This document shows positions 20,791 to 32,641 of a DNA stretch of 64,000 nucleotides, in pieces. A program made the translations under genes and the position numbers. The notes beneath the pieces are model-generated. The model saw only the letters and a list, made by a program, of their open reading frames with translations. It did not search any database and was not told the DNA's origin. Where the stretch lies: positions 210,942 to 274,941 of the forward strand of contig CAZNEE010000002.1 of NCBI GenBank assembly GCA_964572255.1. Direction: 5' to 3'. This DNA comes from an uncultured Planctomycetia bacterium. Lineage in GTDB: Bacteria; Omnitrophota; Gorgyraeia; Tantalellales; Tantalellaceae. Every line of letters starts with the position of its first letter. The first letter of the stretch is position 1.

Positions 20791-21864
20791 TTACTTTTCG
20801 CTGACCATGACATAAACACGGTTTATGTCATCTATGGTCACGATGCCGATGATCTTACCGTTCCGTTCGACCGGTAAGGCGCTGGTCTGGTGCTGACCCA
20901 TCATTTTCTGCACCTTATTCAGCCCCGTAGTGATCTTCACTGCCGGCACGTCAGTTCTCATGATCTCCCTCACAGGAGTATCCTTGCCTTTTACATGTAT
21001 CCCCTGTATCATGTTCCTTCGGGTAACAAAACCTATCATTTTCCCGTCTTCCATGACGGGGAAATCCTCATTATGCGTGTGAAGCACAAGTTCCAACAGT
21101 TTTGATAAAGGCGCGTCCGGCTCAACATAAATAAAATCTTTTGAAAGTATATCAAAAACAGTATATTTCTTGATGGTTTCCTGTACATCAACCTGAAACC
21201 CTTCGCTTGATGCCGCCATATAAATAAAAACAGCTATAATAATGAGAAAGATATGGCCGTGCACAATGCCCAAATAACCGAATAGAAGCGCAAATATGTG
21301 GCCTAACCTCACGGCGACATCCGTCGCTTCTTTATAACTCATCCGGTATGACAGGATCGCTCTCAATACCCTGCCTCCGTCCATCGGAAAAGCGGGAAGC
21401 ATATTGAATACCGCAAGAACAAGATTAAGCCAATATATATGCGCGATAATGCTGATCTGGCCGGTGAACGGCACCTTCCCTATCATCATATAAAAAGGGT
21501 GCATGAGAGTATCTTTACCCAAAAGCAGCATCAAAGGATAATAAAATATGAGAACCACCATAACGTTAGACAAAGGACCCGCGATCGATATCAAAAGCTC
21601 CTGATACGGTTTTTTAGGCGACTCCGTCATCGAAGCGACGCCGCCTATCGGAAGGAGCGTTATCCTTTTTACCTTTATCCCGAAATGCAAAGCCACAAGG
21701 CTGTGGCACAATTCATGCACGGTAACAAAAAAGAATATACCGACGATCAGCGCCAACCCCCTGGGGCCGAGCAAAAGGAAGAAAAACGCCAGAAGCAGGA
21801 AAAAAGTGAAATGTATGTCTATATTTATCCCGAAAACACGGGCCAGTCTAAAGGTGCCTCTCAT
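20791..21864 (-). CDS. Site-2 protease (M50) with two CBS domains
   Basis: HELCH zinc motif, ISIAGPLSN, FNMLPAFPMDGGRVLR; C-terminal CBS pair. Confidence 0.93.
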   Translation of the reverse strand: MRGTFRLARVFGINIDIHFTFFLLLAFFFLLLGPRGLALIVGIFFFVTVHELCHSLVALHFGIKVKRITLLPIGGVASMTESPKKPYQELLISIAGPLSNVMVVLIFYYPLMLLLGKDTLMHPFYMMIGKVPFTGQISIIAHIYWLNLVLAVFNMLPAFPMDGGRVLRAILSYRMSYKEATDVAVRLGHIFALLFGYLGIVHGHIFLIIIAVFIYMAASSEGFQVDVQETIKKYTVFDILSKDFIYVEPDAPLSKLLELVLHTHNEDFPVMEDGKMIGFVTRRNMIQGIHVKGKDTPVREIMRTDVPAVKITTGLNKVQKMMGQHQTSALPVERNGKIIGIVTIDDINRVYVMVSEK

Positions 21865-23132
21865 AATTTGTTCATCTCTTTCTTTATTTTGTCTTTTTCT
21901 TTTATACTGATATTTCCCACCATCGCCAAATTGACCTTTGATGATCTGAATATCTTTTCACAAACCTCTTTTATGTTTTCCACGGTAACTTCATCGATCC
22001 TCTTTACTATCTCCTCCACTTCCGGAATATGTCTGTGCACCATCAGCCTGTCGCCAAGCCAAACCATCCTGGTAGATGTCCTCTCCATGGCCAAGAGAAA
22101 CTGACCCTTGGCATATTCTTTCGCTCTCGTAAGTTCATCTTCAGTAACACCTATATCGCGTATGTTCTTGATCTCATCAAGTATGGCTATGGTGGATTTC
22201 AGGGCATTGCGGTTATCCACGCCGGCATGTATGGTAACTTCCCCGACATCGCTATGTCTTTTATAGGATGAGGAAATATCGTAACAAAGGCCGTATTTTT
22301 CGCGCAGCTCCTCAAAAAGCCGTGATGACATGTTCCCGCCGAAGATCACATTCATGAGTTTCATCGCAAAACGTTCGCTCATGTGCGAATCAACGGCCGG
22401 AAAACCCATGGCAATATGGGTCTGTTTTGTGCCGCCGTGCTCCACCTTCATTCTCGGAGATTTCTGGCTGAGAGCAGGCGATTTGAACGTCATTTTCTTT
22501 TTTTTCTTATATCCGTTAAACTTGCCTGAAGTATACTCAAAAAACTTGTCCGTATGGATCTTCCCGGCAGCCACTACAGCCATGTTCGCGGGCTGATAAC
22601 TTTTTTCCTTAAAAGACATCAATTGATCCCTTTTAAAATTTTTGACTGTTGTGATAGCGCCTGTCAACGGCCTTCCAAGGGGATTCCCCGGCCACATGAC
22701 CGAATTTAAGATATCCTGAACATGTTCGGCGGGCTGATCGCGGTACATCTTTATTTCTTCGCATATAACAAATTTCTCTTTTGCCAGATCTTCTTCGTCA
22801 AATTTCGCATTGAAAACCATGTCGCTTAAGACGCCTATGCCCAGCTCCAGGTAATTGGCGGGGACTTTTACCATGTAACACGTAACTTCATCCGAAGTAA
22901 ACCCGTTAAAAGATCCTCCTATGCCTTCTATCGCCTGCTTCAGATCTTTTGCGGTACGCTCGTATGTGCCCTTGAAAAGCATGTGTTCTATAAAATGACT
23001 TATACCGCTTTCTTTGGCGGACTCGTATCTTCCTCCGGTCCCTATCCATACTCCCACCGTTACGGAAGTCATATGAGGCATCGGGGAAACGATCACCTCA
23101 AGCCCGTTTTTCGTCTGTTTCCTTCTATACAT
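21861..23132 (-). CDS. M16 family (pitrilysin-like) zinc peptidase
   Basis: GISHFIEHMLFKGT (HxxEH), NGFTS, GGNMSSRLFEELREKYGLCY. Confidence 0.93.
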   Translation of the reverse strand: MYRRKQTKNGLEVIVSPMPHMTSVTVGVWIGTGGRYESAKESGISHFIEHMLFKGTYERTAKDLKQAIEGIGGSFNGFTSDEVTCYMVKVPANYLELGIGVLSDMVFNAKFDEEDLAKEKFVICEEIKMYRDQPAEHVQDILNSVMWPGNPLGRPLTGAITTVKNFKRDQLMSFKEKSYQPANMAVVAAGKIHTDKFFEYTSGKFNGYKKKKKMTFKSPALSQKSPRMKVEHGGTKQTHIAMGFPAVDSHMSERFAMKLMNVIFGGNMSSRLFEELREKYGLCYDISSSYKRHSDVGEVTIHAGVDNRNALKSTIAILDEIKNIRDIGVTEDELTRAKEYAKGQFLLAMERTSTRMVWLGDRLMVHRHIPEVEEIVKRIDEVTVENIKEVCEKIFRSSKVNLAMVGNISIKEKDKIKKEMNKL

Positions 23133-23141
23133 ACTAGTCCT

Positions 23142-23561
23142 TCATTTTTTTAAACTATCCAGATAATTCTGCAATATGATCTGTGCGGCGAGTTTGTCCA
23201 GATCCTTCCTGCGTTTTTTTCTTGAAATATCCGCCATTATCATTATATCTTCCGCTTCTTTAGTGCTTAATCTCTCGTCCCACAACTTTACCGGAAGCTT
23301 TAACTCTTTCTCAAGAAGCTTGGCGAACTTTTCACTGTCTTGGGCGCGTTCGCCTCTGGTGCCGTTCATATTCAGCGGAAGTCCGACAACCACCTCTTCC
23401 ACCTTATATTCTTCCGCTATGCCTTTGATCCGGGATATCGCTTTTTTTTCGTTCTCTCTTTTAACGACTCCCCTCGCCTGGGCAATTGTTCCTGTTTCAT
23501 CGCTGACGGCGACACCGATATTTTTGGTGCCGATATCGAGTCCCATTATTCTCATATTCAA
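23142..23561 (-). CDS. ruvX: YqgF/RuvX nuclease (pre-16S rRNA maturation)
   Basis: GLDIGTKNIGVAVSD, VVGLPLNMNG, WDERLST, DKLAAQIILQNYLD. Confidence 0.95.
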   Translation of the reverse strand: MNMRIMGLDIGTKNIGVAVSDETGTIAQARGVVKRENEKKAISRIKGIAEEYKVEEVVVGLPLNMNGTRGERAQDSEKFAKLLEKELKLPVKLWDERLSTKEAEDIMIMADISRKKRRKDLDKLAAQIILQNYLDSLKK

Positions 23562-23607
23562 CCAGTTGTCTTTTTTCCGCTACCCGCGGGGATAATGCGA
23601 ACTAAAC

Positions 23608-24411
23608 TCAAGCGCCGTGTATAGCCCGGGCAATAGATCGCGCAAAAGATCCGACTTCCTTGCTTATCGCGTTTTTACGAAAAAGATTTTTCTCAAGAAC
23701 ATTTATAACAGAACTTCCGATAATTACGCCATCGGAGGCCGAAGCGATATCCTTCGCCTGCTGAGGTTTTGATATTCCAAAACCCACGCAAATCGGTTTT
23801 TTTGCCGCTCTTTTAAGTTTTCTTACCTCACTTTTCAGCTGGTCTGATAACTTTTTCCTTGCTCCCGTCACGCCGGTGAGCGATACATAGTAAATAAAAC
23901 CTCTTGATGCCGAAGCTATTTTCTTGAATCTTTTCATCGGTGTTGTCGGAGCGACTAGGAGGATCAGATGAAAATCTTCCTTCCTGGTAATACGCATCAA
24001 TTCTTCCGACTCTTCCATGGGAAGATCCGGAACGATGATACCGTCCGCGCCGTTTTTCTTGGCATCCCGGACAAACTTCTCAGGCCCGTAGTTCAGGACT
24101 ATATTGTAATAGGTCATGAATACAAAAGGCGTATCAATACTGCGTCTCAGCGCTTTTACCATAGAGAACACCTTCCGTACGGTACAGCCCGCATCAAGAG
24201 ACCTTTTAACCGCGTTCTGTATAGTCGGGCCGTCCGCAAGAGGGTCGGAAAACGGTATCCCCAGTTCTATTATATCCGCGCCCGCATCCGACAAGGATCT
24301 AATGACTTTCTTGCTTGTTGCCAGGTCCGGATCACCTGCAGTAATATACGGAATAAACGCTTTCTTTTTTTCTTGTCTTAGTTTCTTGAAAGTTTCGTCG
24401 ATTCTATTCAT
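23608..24411 (-). CDS. trpA: Tryptophan synthase alpha subunit
   Basis: PYITAGDP, IELGIPFSDPLADGPTIQ, YYVSLTGVTG, VGFGIS. Confidence 0.97.
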   Translation of the reverse strand: MNRIDETFKKLRQEKKKAFIPYITAGDPDLATSKKVIRSLSDAGADIIELGIPFSDPLADGPTIQNAVKRSLDAGCTVRKVFSMVKALRRSIDTPFVFMTYYNIVLNYGPEKFVRDAKKNGADGIIVPDLPMEESEELMRITRKEDFHLILLVAPTTPMKRFKKIASASRGFIYYVSLTGVTGARKKLSDQLKSEVRKLKRAAKKPICVGFGISKPQQAKDIASASDGVIIGSSVINVLEKNLFRKNAISKEVGSFARSIARAIHGA

Positions 24412-24464
24412 GTGTTTCCTTTTTTTTATGAACCTGTTTCCGCCGCTTCGCGATAAAAACGGGC

Positions 24465-25661
24465 TTAAAGATCAATATTCTCGGTGATAATCCCCATATC
24501 CTTGTCTCCCCGTCCGGAAAGACAAAGAACGATCACGTCTTTTTTCTTAACTTTCTTGGCTATTTTTTTCAGGTAATATACAGCATGTGCCGATTCGAGT
24601 GCCGGTATTATTCCCTCCGCCCGCGAAAGAAGCTTTACCCCCTCGAGCGCTTCTTTATCCGTTACACTTACATATTTTGCCCGGCCGCTCTTTTTGTAAA
24701 ATGAATGTTCCGGACCCACACCCGGATAATCAAGACCGGCAGAGACAGAATGCGCCAGTTTCACCTGCCCGTCTTCATTTTCAAGAAGGTAACTCTTACT
24801 GCCATGAAGAACGCCGACCCTGCCCTTCATGAGAGCCGCCGCATGATGCCCGGTCTTAATACCAAAACCGGCTGCCTCAACACCTATAAACTTCACCTTT
24901 TTATCGTTGTAAAAAGGATGAAATATGCCGATAGAATTACTTCCGCCGCCGACGCATGCCACCAGATAATCCGGAAGTTTTTTCTCCTTTTTAAGTACAT
25001 CTTTTTTTGTTTCCAGTCCGATCACAATTTGAAAATCCCTTACCATCAAGGGATATGGATGCGGGCCGACAACTGAGCCGATTATGTAATGCGTGTCCCT
25101 TACATTGGTAACCCAGTCTCTTATCGCTTCATTGGTCGCATCTTTAAGTGTACAGGAACCGCTTGATACGGGTATAACACGTGCACCCAGGAGTTTCATT
25201 CTGAAAACATTCAGGCTCTGCCGTTCGATATCTTCCGTCCCCATGTAAACATCACACTTAAGACCGAAAAGCGCCGCTACCGTGGCTGTTGCCACGCCAT
25301 GCTGACCCGCGCCTGTCTCGGCAATAACGCGTTTTTTGCCCATTTTAAGAGCAAGAAGCGCCTGGCCTATAGTGTTGTTTATCTTATGCGCGCCTGTGTG
25401 AAGAAGGTCTTCTCTTTTTAGATAGATCTTCCCGCCGCCAAGTTCCCTGGTAAGTTTTTCGGCAAAATATAACGGAGTCGGCCTTCCCGCATACTCTTTA
25501 AGATAGTAATTTAATTTGTCCTTGAAAGCTTTCGTCATGCATATGCGTTTATATGCAGATGTAAGTTCTTCTAAGGCCGGCATAAGTGTCTCCGGTACGT
25601 ATTTACCGCCGAAACGGTCAAAATATCCTTTTTCATTCGGTAATTTAGGCATTTTTCGCAT
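24465..25661 (-). CDS. trpB: Tryptophan synthase beta subunit
   Basis: [48 protein letters not shown]. Confidence 0.98.
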   Translation of the reverse strand: MRKMPKLPNEKGYFDRFGGKYVPETLMPALEELTSAYKRICMTKAFKDKLNYYLKEYAGRPTPLYFAEKLTRELGGGKIYLKREDLLHTGAHKINNTIGQALLALKMGKKRVIAETGAGQHGVATATVAALFGLKCDVYMGTEDIERQSLNVFRMKLLGARVIPVSSGSCTLKDATNEAIRDWVTNVRDTHYIIGSVVGPHPYPLMVRDFQIVIGLETKKDVLKKEKKLPDYLVACVGGGSNSIGIFHPFYNDKKVKFIGVEAAGFGIKTGHHAAALMKGRVGVLHGSKSYLLENEDGQVKLAHSVSAGLDYPGVGPEHSFYKKSGRAKYVSVTDKEALEGVKLLSRAEGIIPALESAHAVYYLKKIAKKVKKKDVIVLCLSGRGDKDMGIITENIDL

Positions 25662-26292
25662 TTTGTATGAACTCCTTTAAGAGATTTTCATCTTTCCTGC
25701 CCGGCTGGCTTTCCACCCCGCTTGATACATCCACGCCAAAGGGATTAACAACCTTGACGGCATCCGCGACATTTTCAGGGTTAAGGCCTCCCGCAAGAAA
25801 AAATGGTTTTACTATAAAATCTTTTACACTGTTTAACACATCCCAATTGAACTTTGAACCTGTACCACCCGCTGTTTCAGGATGAAAGGTATCAAAAACA
25901 AAATAATCCACTTCGGTATATTCCTCCAAAGGCGGCCCCACGATCTTATCGGACACTTTGAGAGCTTTTATTATGCCTACTGATCTTCCTTCCCTCTGGA
26001 AAGCTTCCTTAAGATCGCCGCAATAACCGGGGCTTTCCGCACCATGAAGCTGAACGAGATCAAGATCGCAATAAAACGCGGTTCCCAGCACCTTATCGAT
26101 CTCTTCATCCATAAAAAGCCCGACTTTACCGGCTTTATCCGCAAGAGTGATGATGATCTTTTTCGCGATATCGGGCTCAACAACTCTCGGGGTATCTTTA
26201 ATGAAAATAAAACCCAAGTAATCAGCGCCGAGATCGCATGACTTTTCAGCATCCTCAAAATTGGTTATCCCGCAGATCTTTACTTTTACCAT
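25645..26292 (-). CDS. trpF: Phosphoribosylanthranilate isomerase
   Basis: [42 protein letters not shown]. Confidence 0.96.
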   Translation of the reverse strand: MVKVKICGITNFEDAEKSCDLGADYLGFIFIKDTPRVVEPDIAKKIIITLADKAGKVGLFMDEEIDKVLGTAFYCDLDLVQLHGAESPGYCGDLKEAFQREGRSVGIIKALKVSDKIVGPPLEEYTEVDYFVFDTFHPETAGGTGSKFNWDVLNSVKDFIVKPFFLAGGLNPENVADAVKVVNPFGVDVSSGVESQPGRKDENLLKEFIQNAKNA

Positions 26293-26294
26293 AT

Positions 26295-27071
26295 TTATTC
26301 CCGCATCAGCTCCCTGACTTTATCGCCGATATTATCCGCGCGCATGAATGTCTCGCCTATCAAAACAGCATGCACGCCTAAACTTTTAAGGAACATCACA
26401 TCTTCATAAGTTTCTATGCCGCTTTCCGAAACGATTATCTTTCCCTGCGGTATGAGCCTTATAAGCCTTTGAGTGTTCGAAATATCCACTTCGAAATTTT
26501 CAAGATTTCTGTTGTTAATGCCTATTATCGAAGCATGGCTGTTCACCGCTTTCTCTATATCTTCCTCATTTTTCACTTCGACCAGGCAATCAAGGCCAAG
26601 TTCCCTGGCAATATTAAGGTACCGGTTAAGCTCTTCCGGCGTAAGTATCTGCGTTATAAGGAGTATCGCATCGGCGCCGGCAACAGCGGATTCGTATATC
26701 TGATACTCATCAATAATGAAATCTTTCCTTAGAACAGGTATGGTAACCCTCTCTTTTATCATCTTAAGATATTCGAGCTTTCCGTCAAAAAACCTTTCAT
26801 CCGTAAGGACACTTATCGCGCTTGCGCCGGACGCCTGATAGGTCAAGGCTATCTGCAGGGGATTGAAATCTCCCCTGATTATTCCTTTTGAAGGTGAACT
26901 TTTCTTTATCTCAGCAATAAGGTTTATATGTCCTTTTCTCGAAATATTCCGTTTGAACGAACTTCTTATACATAAAGATCTGGCTTTGTCCTCCAATTCC
27001 TTAAGAGGGATTTTCTCCCGGGCTCTTTCGACTTCCTGCCTTTTCTCTTCAACGATCTTTGTTAAAATCAT
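26295..27071 (-). CDS. trpC: Indole-3-glycerol phosphate synthase
   Basis: IAEIKKSSPSKG, ISVLTDERFF, LRKDFII, GINNRNL, VSESGI. Confidence 0.97.
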   Translation of the reverse strand: MILTKIVEEKRQEVERAREKIPLKELEDKARSLCIRSSFKRNISRKGHINLIAEIKKSSPSKGIIRGDFNPLQIALTYQASGASAISVLTDERFFDGKLEYLKMIKERVTIPVLRKDFIIDEYQIYESAVAGADAILLITQILTPEELNRYLNIARELGLDCLVEVKNEEDIEKAVNSHASIIGINNRNLENFEVDISNTQRLIRLIPQGKIIVSESGIETYEDVMFLKSLGVHAVLIGETFMRADNIGDKVRELMRE

Positions 27072-28090
27072 TCAACACCTTCATTCGTCATCTTTATGAG
27101 TTCTTCTAATTTTTCTTCCGCTTTTCCCGAATCTATGGATTCGGCAGCCATTTTTACTCCTTTTTTCAGGTCACTTGCCTTGCCGGCTGCCATAAGCGCC
27201 ATGCTGGAATTTGCAAGAACTATGTCCCTTTTTGGCCCTTTTTTGCCGGACAGGATATCTTTTATGATCTTAGCGTTCTCTTTTGCCGTCCCCCCTTTAA
27301 TGTCCTCGAGTTTCCCTTTTTTTAGACCGAATTCTTCGGGCTCAACATAATAGGTACTGAGTTCCCCTTTATCGAACTCACTCACCTTTGTTCTCGCTGT
27401 TATCGTGACTTCATCAAGACCGTCATCGCCATGCACAACATATGCTTTATCGACCCCAAGGTTCCCGAGTACTTCAGCCATGGTCTCGGTCACCTCCGCG
27501 TTAAACACGCCAAGGACCTGGCATGTCGCGGATGCAGGGTTAGAAAGCGGCCCGATGATGTTAAATATCGTTCTTACCCCCACCTCTTTCCTCGGCCCGA
27601 CAGCATGTTTCATCGCGCTGTGATAAAGAGGCGCGAACATGAACCCTATGCCTATAGAATTTATGCATTTTTCTGCAACTTTAACGGGTACATCAATTTT
27701 AACGCCAAGTTCTTCAAGCACATCGGCGCTTCCGCATTTACTTGAAGCGGATCTATTCCCGTGTTTGGCGACTGTAACACCCGAGCCCGCAAGGACAAAA
27801 GCTACAGCAGTCGAGATATTAAACCTGTCGATGCCGCTTCCCCCTGTACCGCACGTATCAAGAACCGGTTTCTTTTTCACTTTTATCTTAGCAGCTTTCT
27901 CGCGCATGACTTCCGCGGCACCGGTTATCTCTCCTACAGTCTCAACTTTCATTCTAAGAGCCACTATGAAAGCCGCCACCTGTGCGGGGGTGGCCTCACC
28001 GCTCATTATTATCTCAAAAGCGGAACGGGTCTCCTCTTCCGTAAGATCCTCGAAATTCACAACTTTTTTTATCGCTTCTTTTATGTCCAT
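27068..28090 (-). CDS. trpD: Anthranilate phosphoribosyltransferase
   Basis: DTCGTGGSG, NISTAVA, AKHGNRSASSKCGSADVLE, HGDDGLDE. Confidence 0.97.
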   Translation of the reverse strand: MDIKEAIKKVVNFEDLTEEETRSAFEIIMSGEATPAQVAAFIVALRMKVETVGEITGAAEVMREKAAKIKVKKKPVLDTCGTGGSGIDRFNISTAVAFVLAGSGVTVAKHGNRSASSKCGSADVLEELGVKIDVPVKVAEKCINSIGIGFMFAPLYHSAMKHAVGPRKEVGVRTIFNIIGPLSNPASATCQVLGVFNAEVTETMAEVLGNLGVDKAYVVHGDDGLDEVTITARTKVSEFDKGELSTYYVEPEEFGLKKGKLEDIKGGTAKENAKIIKDILSGKKGPKRDIVLANSSMALMAAGKASDLKKGVKMAAESIDSGKAEEKLEELIKMTNEGVE

Positions 28091-28102
28091 ACGATCACCA
28101 TC

Positions 28103-28675
28103 TCAGTTCTTGGAAAGGCTTAAAAAATTCCTTAAAATATTCATTCCTTCTTTTGTAAGGATAGATTCCGGATGAAACTGCACGCCCGATAGCGGAAAAT
28201 CTTTATGCCTGATTCCCATCACCTCATTATCCTCTGTCCATGCCGTTAAAATCAAGGGGTCCTTTAAGGTTTTTGGATCCACTACAAGTGAATGATATCT
28301 TGTTGCCGTAAACGGTGACGGTATCCCGCTAAAGACATCTTCGCCGTCATGGTAGATCTGGCTTACCTTTCCGTGCATGATCTTATCTCCTCTGCCGACA
28401 TCGGCGCCATAAACTTCGGCTATGCACTGATGCCCCAGGCACACTCCAAGTATAGGTATCCTGCCGGCTAATTTCTTTATCACATCTTTTGATATACCGG
28501 CATCATCGGGCCTTCCGGGACCGGGCGATATTACTATTCTTCCGGGAGACTTTTTCTCTATTTCCTCAAGAGTTATCTTGTCGTTCCTGTATACTTCGAC
28601 CCTCTCGCCAAGCTCGCCAATATATTGAACGAGGTTATACGTAAAAGAATCGTAGTTATCTATGACGAGTATCAT
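28103..28675 (-). CDS. trpG: Anthranilate synthase component II (glutamine amidotransferase)
   Basis: [34 protein letters not shown]. Confidence 0.95.
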   Translation of the reverse strand: MILVIDNYDSFTYNLVQYIGELGERVEVYRNDKITLEEIEKKSPGRIVISPGPGRPDDAGISKDVIKKLAGRIPILGVCLGHQCIAEVYGADVGRGDKIMHGKVSQIYHDGEDVFSGIPSPFTATRYHSLVVDPKTLKDPLILTAWTEDNEVMGIRHKDFPLSGVQFHPESILTKEGMNILRNFLSLSKN

Positions 28676-30147
28676 TCTAATCCCCTCTCCGCAAATTCAA
28701 TAGCCTTGATCATCGCCATCGCCTTATTTTGTGTCTCTTCAAACTCTTTTTCAGGCTCGGAATCCAGAACTATACCGGCTCCCGCCTGTATGTAAGCAAT
28801 ATCGTCTTTCATGACGATAGTTCTTATAGTAATGCAGGTATCGATATTGCCCGAAAAACTTATATAGCCGATGCACCCCGCATAAGGGCCTCTTTTTATA
28901 TTTTCGAACTCATCTATGAGTTCCATGGCCCTTATCTTAGGAGCGCCGGTGACGGTGCCCGCCGGAAAAGTCGCCCTCATCAGGTCATAAACGTCCCTTT
29001 CTTTACTGAGATTCCCCACTATGTCGCTGACAATATGCATAACATGCGAGTATCTTTCGATCCGCATGACCTCACGCGGCTGGACCGACGTATAATCGCA
29101 GACCCTTCCGATATCGTTACGGCCAAGATCGACCAGCATGATATGCTCGGCCTTTTCTTTAGGATCGGCTAAAAGTTCTTTTTCTAATCTTTTATCTTCT
29201 TCGTCTGTTTTTCCGCGTTTTCTTGTTCCCGCTATCGGCCTTATTTCGACAAGACCGTCTTCACATCTTACATGTATCTCGGGAGAAGATCCGATCAGTT
29301 TATATTCCCCGAATTTCAGGTAGAACATGTAAGGCGAAGGATTGATCGACCTTAAGGATCTGTATATCGAGAACGCATCCGCGTCCGTTCTCCTCTTGAA
29401 TCTCTGCGAAAGCACGACCTGGATGATATCTCCCGAACGTATATACTCTTTAGCGCCTTCAACAGCGTCGCAAAACTCTTTCTTCGTAAAGTTTGATTCT
29501 ACCTCTTGTTCAGCCGTTTTGATTTCTTTCGGCTCACCGGAAGCATCGCCGAGTTTAAGTTTTTCGATTATCCTGTCTATTTTTCTGACCGCCGCATCAT
29601 ATGCTTTATCGGGGCTGTTATCAACGATCGCGTTAGATACGACTTTGATCTTTCGGTCAACATGATCGAAAATAAGCAAAGTATCTGTCAATGCAAGTTG
29701 CATATCAGGAATATCCATCCCCTCAGGGTTTTCATCGGGTATATTTTCAAAAAAGCGGATCATGTCGTAGCCGATATAGCCGACAAGCCCCCCGCAAAAT
29801 CTTGGAAGGCCTTCAACGCTGACAAACTTGAAATCTTTCATGATTCTCTTAGCTTCATCTATAGGGTCGGTCTTTGTCGTGAAAGACTCTTCCTTTTTGC
29901 CGCGCCTGATGGTAATATTCTTACCCTTACTCTCAAGAACAAGCGACGGGTTACTCCCAAGGAACGAATATCTTGCTATATTTTCGCCGCCCGTGACAGA
30001 TTCCAACAAATACGAAAAATTTCCTTCCTCGATCTTGGTGAACGCTGAAATAGGCGTGCCAAAATCAGACAGAACTTCCCTGTACACAGGGATCACGTTA
30101 CCCTTCTTAGCCAATTCTTTGAACTGTTCCTTAGTCGGGAAATACAT
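28672..30147 (-). CDS. trpE: Anthranilate synthase component I
   Basis: [50 protein letters not shown]. Confidence 0.96.
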   Translation of the reverse strand: MYFPTKEQFKELAKKGNVIPVYREVLSDFGTPISAFTKIEEGNFSYLLESVTGGENIARYSFLGSNPSLVLESKGKNITIRRGKKEESFTTKTDPIDEAKRIMKDFKFVSVEGLPRFCGGLVGYIGYDMIRFFENIPDENPEGMDIPDMQLALTDTLLIFDHVDRKIKVVSNAIVDNSPDKAYDAAVRKIDRIIEKLKLGDASGEPKEIKTAEQEVESNFTKKEFCDAVEGAKEYIRSGDIIQVVLSQRFKRRTDADAFSIYRSLRSINPSPYMFYLKFGEYKLIGSSPEIHVRCEDGLVEIRPIAGTRKRGKTDEEDKRLEKELLADPKEKAEHIMLVDLGRNDIGRVCDYTSVQPREVMRIERYSHVMHIVSDIVGNLSKERDVYDLMRATFPAGTVTGAPKIRAMELIDEFENIKRGPYAGCIGYISFSGNIDTCITIRTIVMKDDIAYIQAGAGIVLDSEPEKEFEETQNKAMAMIKAIEFAERGLE

Positions 30148-30536
30148 TACTTGTCTCCGTAAACCTCGTCAGGATCAAATACGCGTTCTTCAACTATTTC
30201 CGTACTGCCGTCTTTTCCCATCTTTTGATAATAACAAGTAAAATAACCCTCGTGGCATGCCGCGCGCTCTTGATCAACCTTAAAAAGAAGAGAATTATTC
30301 GCGCAATCTTTATAAGCCTCTTTCACGGTTTGAACGCATCCTGATGTCTCTCCCTTTATCATTACGCGTCCTTTTGACCTGCGGAATACATATACCTTCT
30401 TCTCTTTAAGGGTCTTTTCTATCGCCTCTTTGCTCATGTAGCAAAGGGTCAGGACTTTTGAACTTTTCTCGTCCTGTATTATTGCAGGAATAAGCCCTTT
30501 ATCATCAAAATTGAGTCCCTCTAAAAAATCCATCAC
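30147..30536 (-). CDS. hisI: Phosphoribosyl-AMP cyclohydrolase (divergent metal motif)
   Basis: GLIPAIIQD, KGETSG, DC..., ACHEGYFTCYY; last gene of the his block. Confidence 0.9.
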   Translation of the reverse strand: MMDFLEGLNFDDKGLIPAIIQDEKSSKVLTLCYMSKEAIEKTLKEKKVYVFRRSKGRVMIKGETSGCVQTVKEAYKDCANNSLLFKVDQERAACHEGYFTCYYQKMGKDGSTEIVEERVFDPDEVYGDK

Positions 30537-30542
30537 TTCTCC

Positions 30543-31301
30543 CTAATCTCTGATTAAAACTCCATTATTTTTTAAATATTCTTTAACTTCACCTACGGAA
30601 ATTTCCCTGAAATGAAATATTGATGCCGCCAAGGCAGCATCCGCTTTGCATTTACTGAAAACCTCGGCAAAATGTTCTAACTTTCCGCAGCCTCCCGAAG
30701 CTATAAGAGGTACGCTTACCGCGTCACCAATAGCTTTCGTAAGACCGATATCATACCCGTCTTTAGTGCCGTCCCTATCCATGCTTGTAAGCAGTATTTC
30801 CCCGGCACCAAGCTCGACCACCTTGCGCGCCCATTCTACCGCGTCGATGCCCGTAGCTTCGCGTCCTCCTTTTATGTAAACTTCCCAGGAAGAATCATCT
30901 TTTTTCTTGGCGTCTATCGCCACGACAGTGCATTGTGATCCGAATCTTGAGCTGGCATCCCTGACAAATTCAGGATTCTGAACAGCCGCCGTGTTTATAG
31001 ACACTTTATCGCATCCCGCATTCAGGAGATTGCGTATATCTTCATTTGTCGATATGCCTCCGCCTACCGTGAATGGCATGAAAACTTCTTCCGCCACACG
31101 CTTCACAACATCTATCATGGTCTTGCGTTTTTCGTGGCTTGCGGTTATGTCGAGGAACACCAGTTCGTCAGCTTTTTCATCGTTGTAATATTTAGCATTC
31201 TCAACAGGGTCTCCCGCATCGCGAAGATCGACAAAATTGACGCCTTTCACCACGCGGCCGTCTTTTACGTCAAGGCACGGGATTATCCTTTTAGCCAGCA
31301 T
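30543..31301 (-). CDS. hisF: Imidazole glycerol phosphate synthase cyclase subunit
   Basis: [42 protein letters not shown]. Confidence 0.98.
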   Translation of the reverse strand: MLAKRIIPCLDVKDGRVVKGVNFVDLRDAGDPVENAKYYNDEKADELVFLDITASHEKRKTMIDVVKRVAEEVFMPFTVGGGISTNEDIRNLLNAGCDKVSINTAAVQNPEFVRDASSRFGSQCTVVAIDAKKKDDSSWEVYIKGGREATGIDAVEWARKVVELGAGEILLTSMDRDGTKDGYDIGLTKAIGDAVSVPLIASGGCGKLEHFAEVFSKCKADAALAASIFHFREISVGEVKEYLKNNGVLIRD

Positions 31302-32010
31302 TTATGGCCTCCTTAAGATCGATAGTCCCGTCATAAAGCGCCCGGCCGATAATAACGCCGCTTAAACCGAGAGGCTCTATTTTTTTAAGTTCTTTTATGT
31401 GTTCGGTCGTTTTAACGCCGCCTGCTGAAATTATTTTCACGTTCACTTTTTCCAATATTTCTTTAAGCCCTTCTATATTCGGTCCGGAAAGCATGCCGTC
31501 TCTTGCTATGTCAGTAAAAATGATCTCTTTTGCGCCGAAAGAGGCGAATTTCTCCAGGATATAGAACATGTCAACATCAACGGTCTCTTTCCATCCATAA
31601 CGCAGGGGCTTATAATCCCTTGCGTCCAGACTTATAATGACCCTGTTCTTAAAATCCTGTATACAATCTCTTGCAAAATCGATATCCTCCAACGCTTTAG
31701 ATCCGATAACAACGCGCCAAATGCCCCTGTTGAGGGCGTTCTTCACATCGATCTCTTTACGAAAACCTCCGCCTAATTCAACCGGAATATTCACCGATTG
31801 GGCGATCTCTACCGCTTTATCCAGATTAACGGGACGGCCTTCCCTGGCTCCGTCAAGATCGACCACATGAATAAGTTCAGCGCCTTTTGATTCCCACTGT
31901 CTTGCCGCTTCCAAAGGCGTCACTTCATATGTCAGTTTACGATCGTATTTTCCCTGTTCCAAGCGAACGGTTTTACCTCCGATTATGTCTACAGCCGGTA
32001 TTATCTTCAT
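31291..32010 (-). CDS. hisA: ProFAR isomerase
   Basis: [43 protein letters not shown]. Confidence 0.96.
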   Translation of the reverse strand: MKIIPAVDIIGGKTVRLEQGKYDRKLTYEVTPLEAARQWESKGAELIHVVDLDGAREGRPVNLDKAVEIAQSVNIPVELGGGFRKEIDVKNALNRGIWRVVIGSKALEDIDFARDCIQDFKNRVIISLDARDYKPLRYGWKETVDVDMFYILEKFASFGAKEIIFTDIARDGMLSGPNIEGLKEILEKVNVKIISAGGVKTTEHIKELKKIEPLGLSGVIIGRALYDGTIDLKEAINAG

Positions 32011-32615
32011 AATTTTGCAAAATTCTCCAAGATTTTTATTCCTTTTTCCTGCGACCTTTCAGGGTGGAACTGCACCGCAAAGATATTATCTTTCCATAAA
32101 GCGGATGTGTAAGACACCCCGTACTCGGTCACGCCTTCGGTAAATTTTTTTTCCTCATTCGCGCAGTAATACGAATGCACAAAATAAAAAAAACTTTCGT
32201 CCTCTATCCCCTTGAATATAGGACAATCTCTGCTTGCCAGTTTAACTGTGTTCCAGCCGATCTGGGGCACCTTCAGGCCCGCTTCTTTAGGGAAAAGCTT
32301 AACTTCGCCGGATATGATATCCAGACAATCACATCCGCCGCCTTCTTCGCTTCGCGTGAAAAGAAGCTGAAGCCCCAGGCAGATCCCTAAGAAATAAGTT
32401 CCATCGGAAAGCCTTTCAGTAAGGGGCTCAATAAGGCCCCTTTCCTCAAGCCCGTCTATCGCATCCTTGGATGACCCGACCCCCGGCAAGACTATCTTGT
32501 CGGCGCGAGAAAGTTTACGAGCACTGTCGCATATCTCGACTTTCTCCCCGATATAACGGAAAGCGTTGAACACGCTTCTTAGATTTCCTGAACCGTAATC
32601 TATTACCCCTATCAT
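32007..32615 (-). CDS. hisH: Imidazole glycerol phosphate synthase glutaminase subunit
   Basis: DYGSGNLRSV, LPGVG, GICLGLQ, FYFVHSY, QFHPERS. Confidence 0.97.
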   Translation of the reverse strand: MIGVIDYGSGNLRSVFNAFRYIGEKVEICDSARKLSRADKIVLPGVGSSKDAIDGLEERGLIEPLTERLSDGTYFLGICLGLQLLFTRSEEGGGCDCLDIISGEVKLFPKEAGLKVPQIGWNTVKLASRDCPIFKGIEDESFFYFVHSYYCANEEKKFTEGVTEYGVSYTSALWKDNIFAVQFHPERSQEKGIKILENFAKL

Positions 32616-32641
32616 TTACCCAACCCTGTTATCTAATTGAC

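Noticed and set aside
24428-24466. Short hairpin between trpB and trpA (similar weak one at about 23562-23607)
   Set aside because: Short, imperfect stems with no U tract on the coding strand; not enough evidence to call a terminator or repeat.
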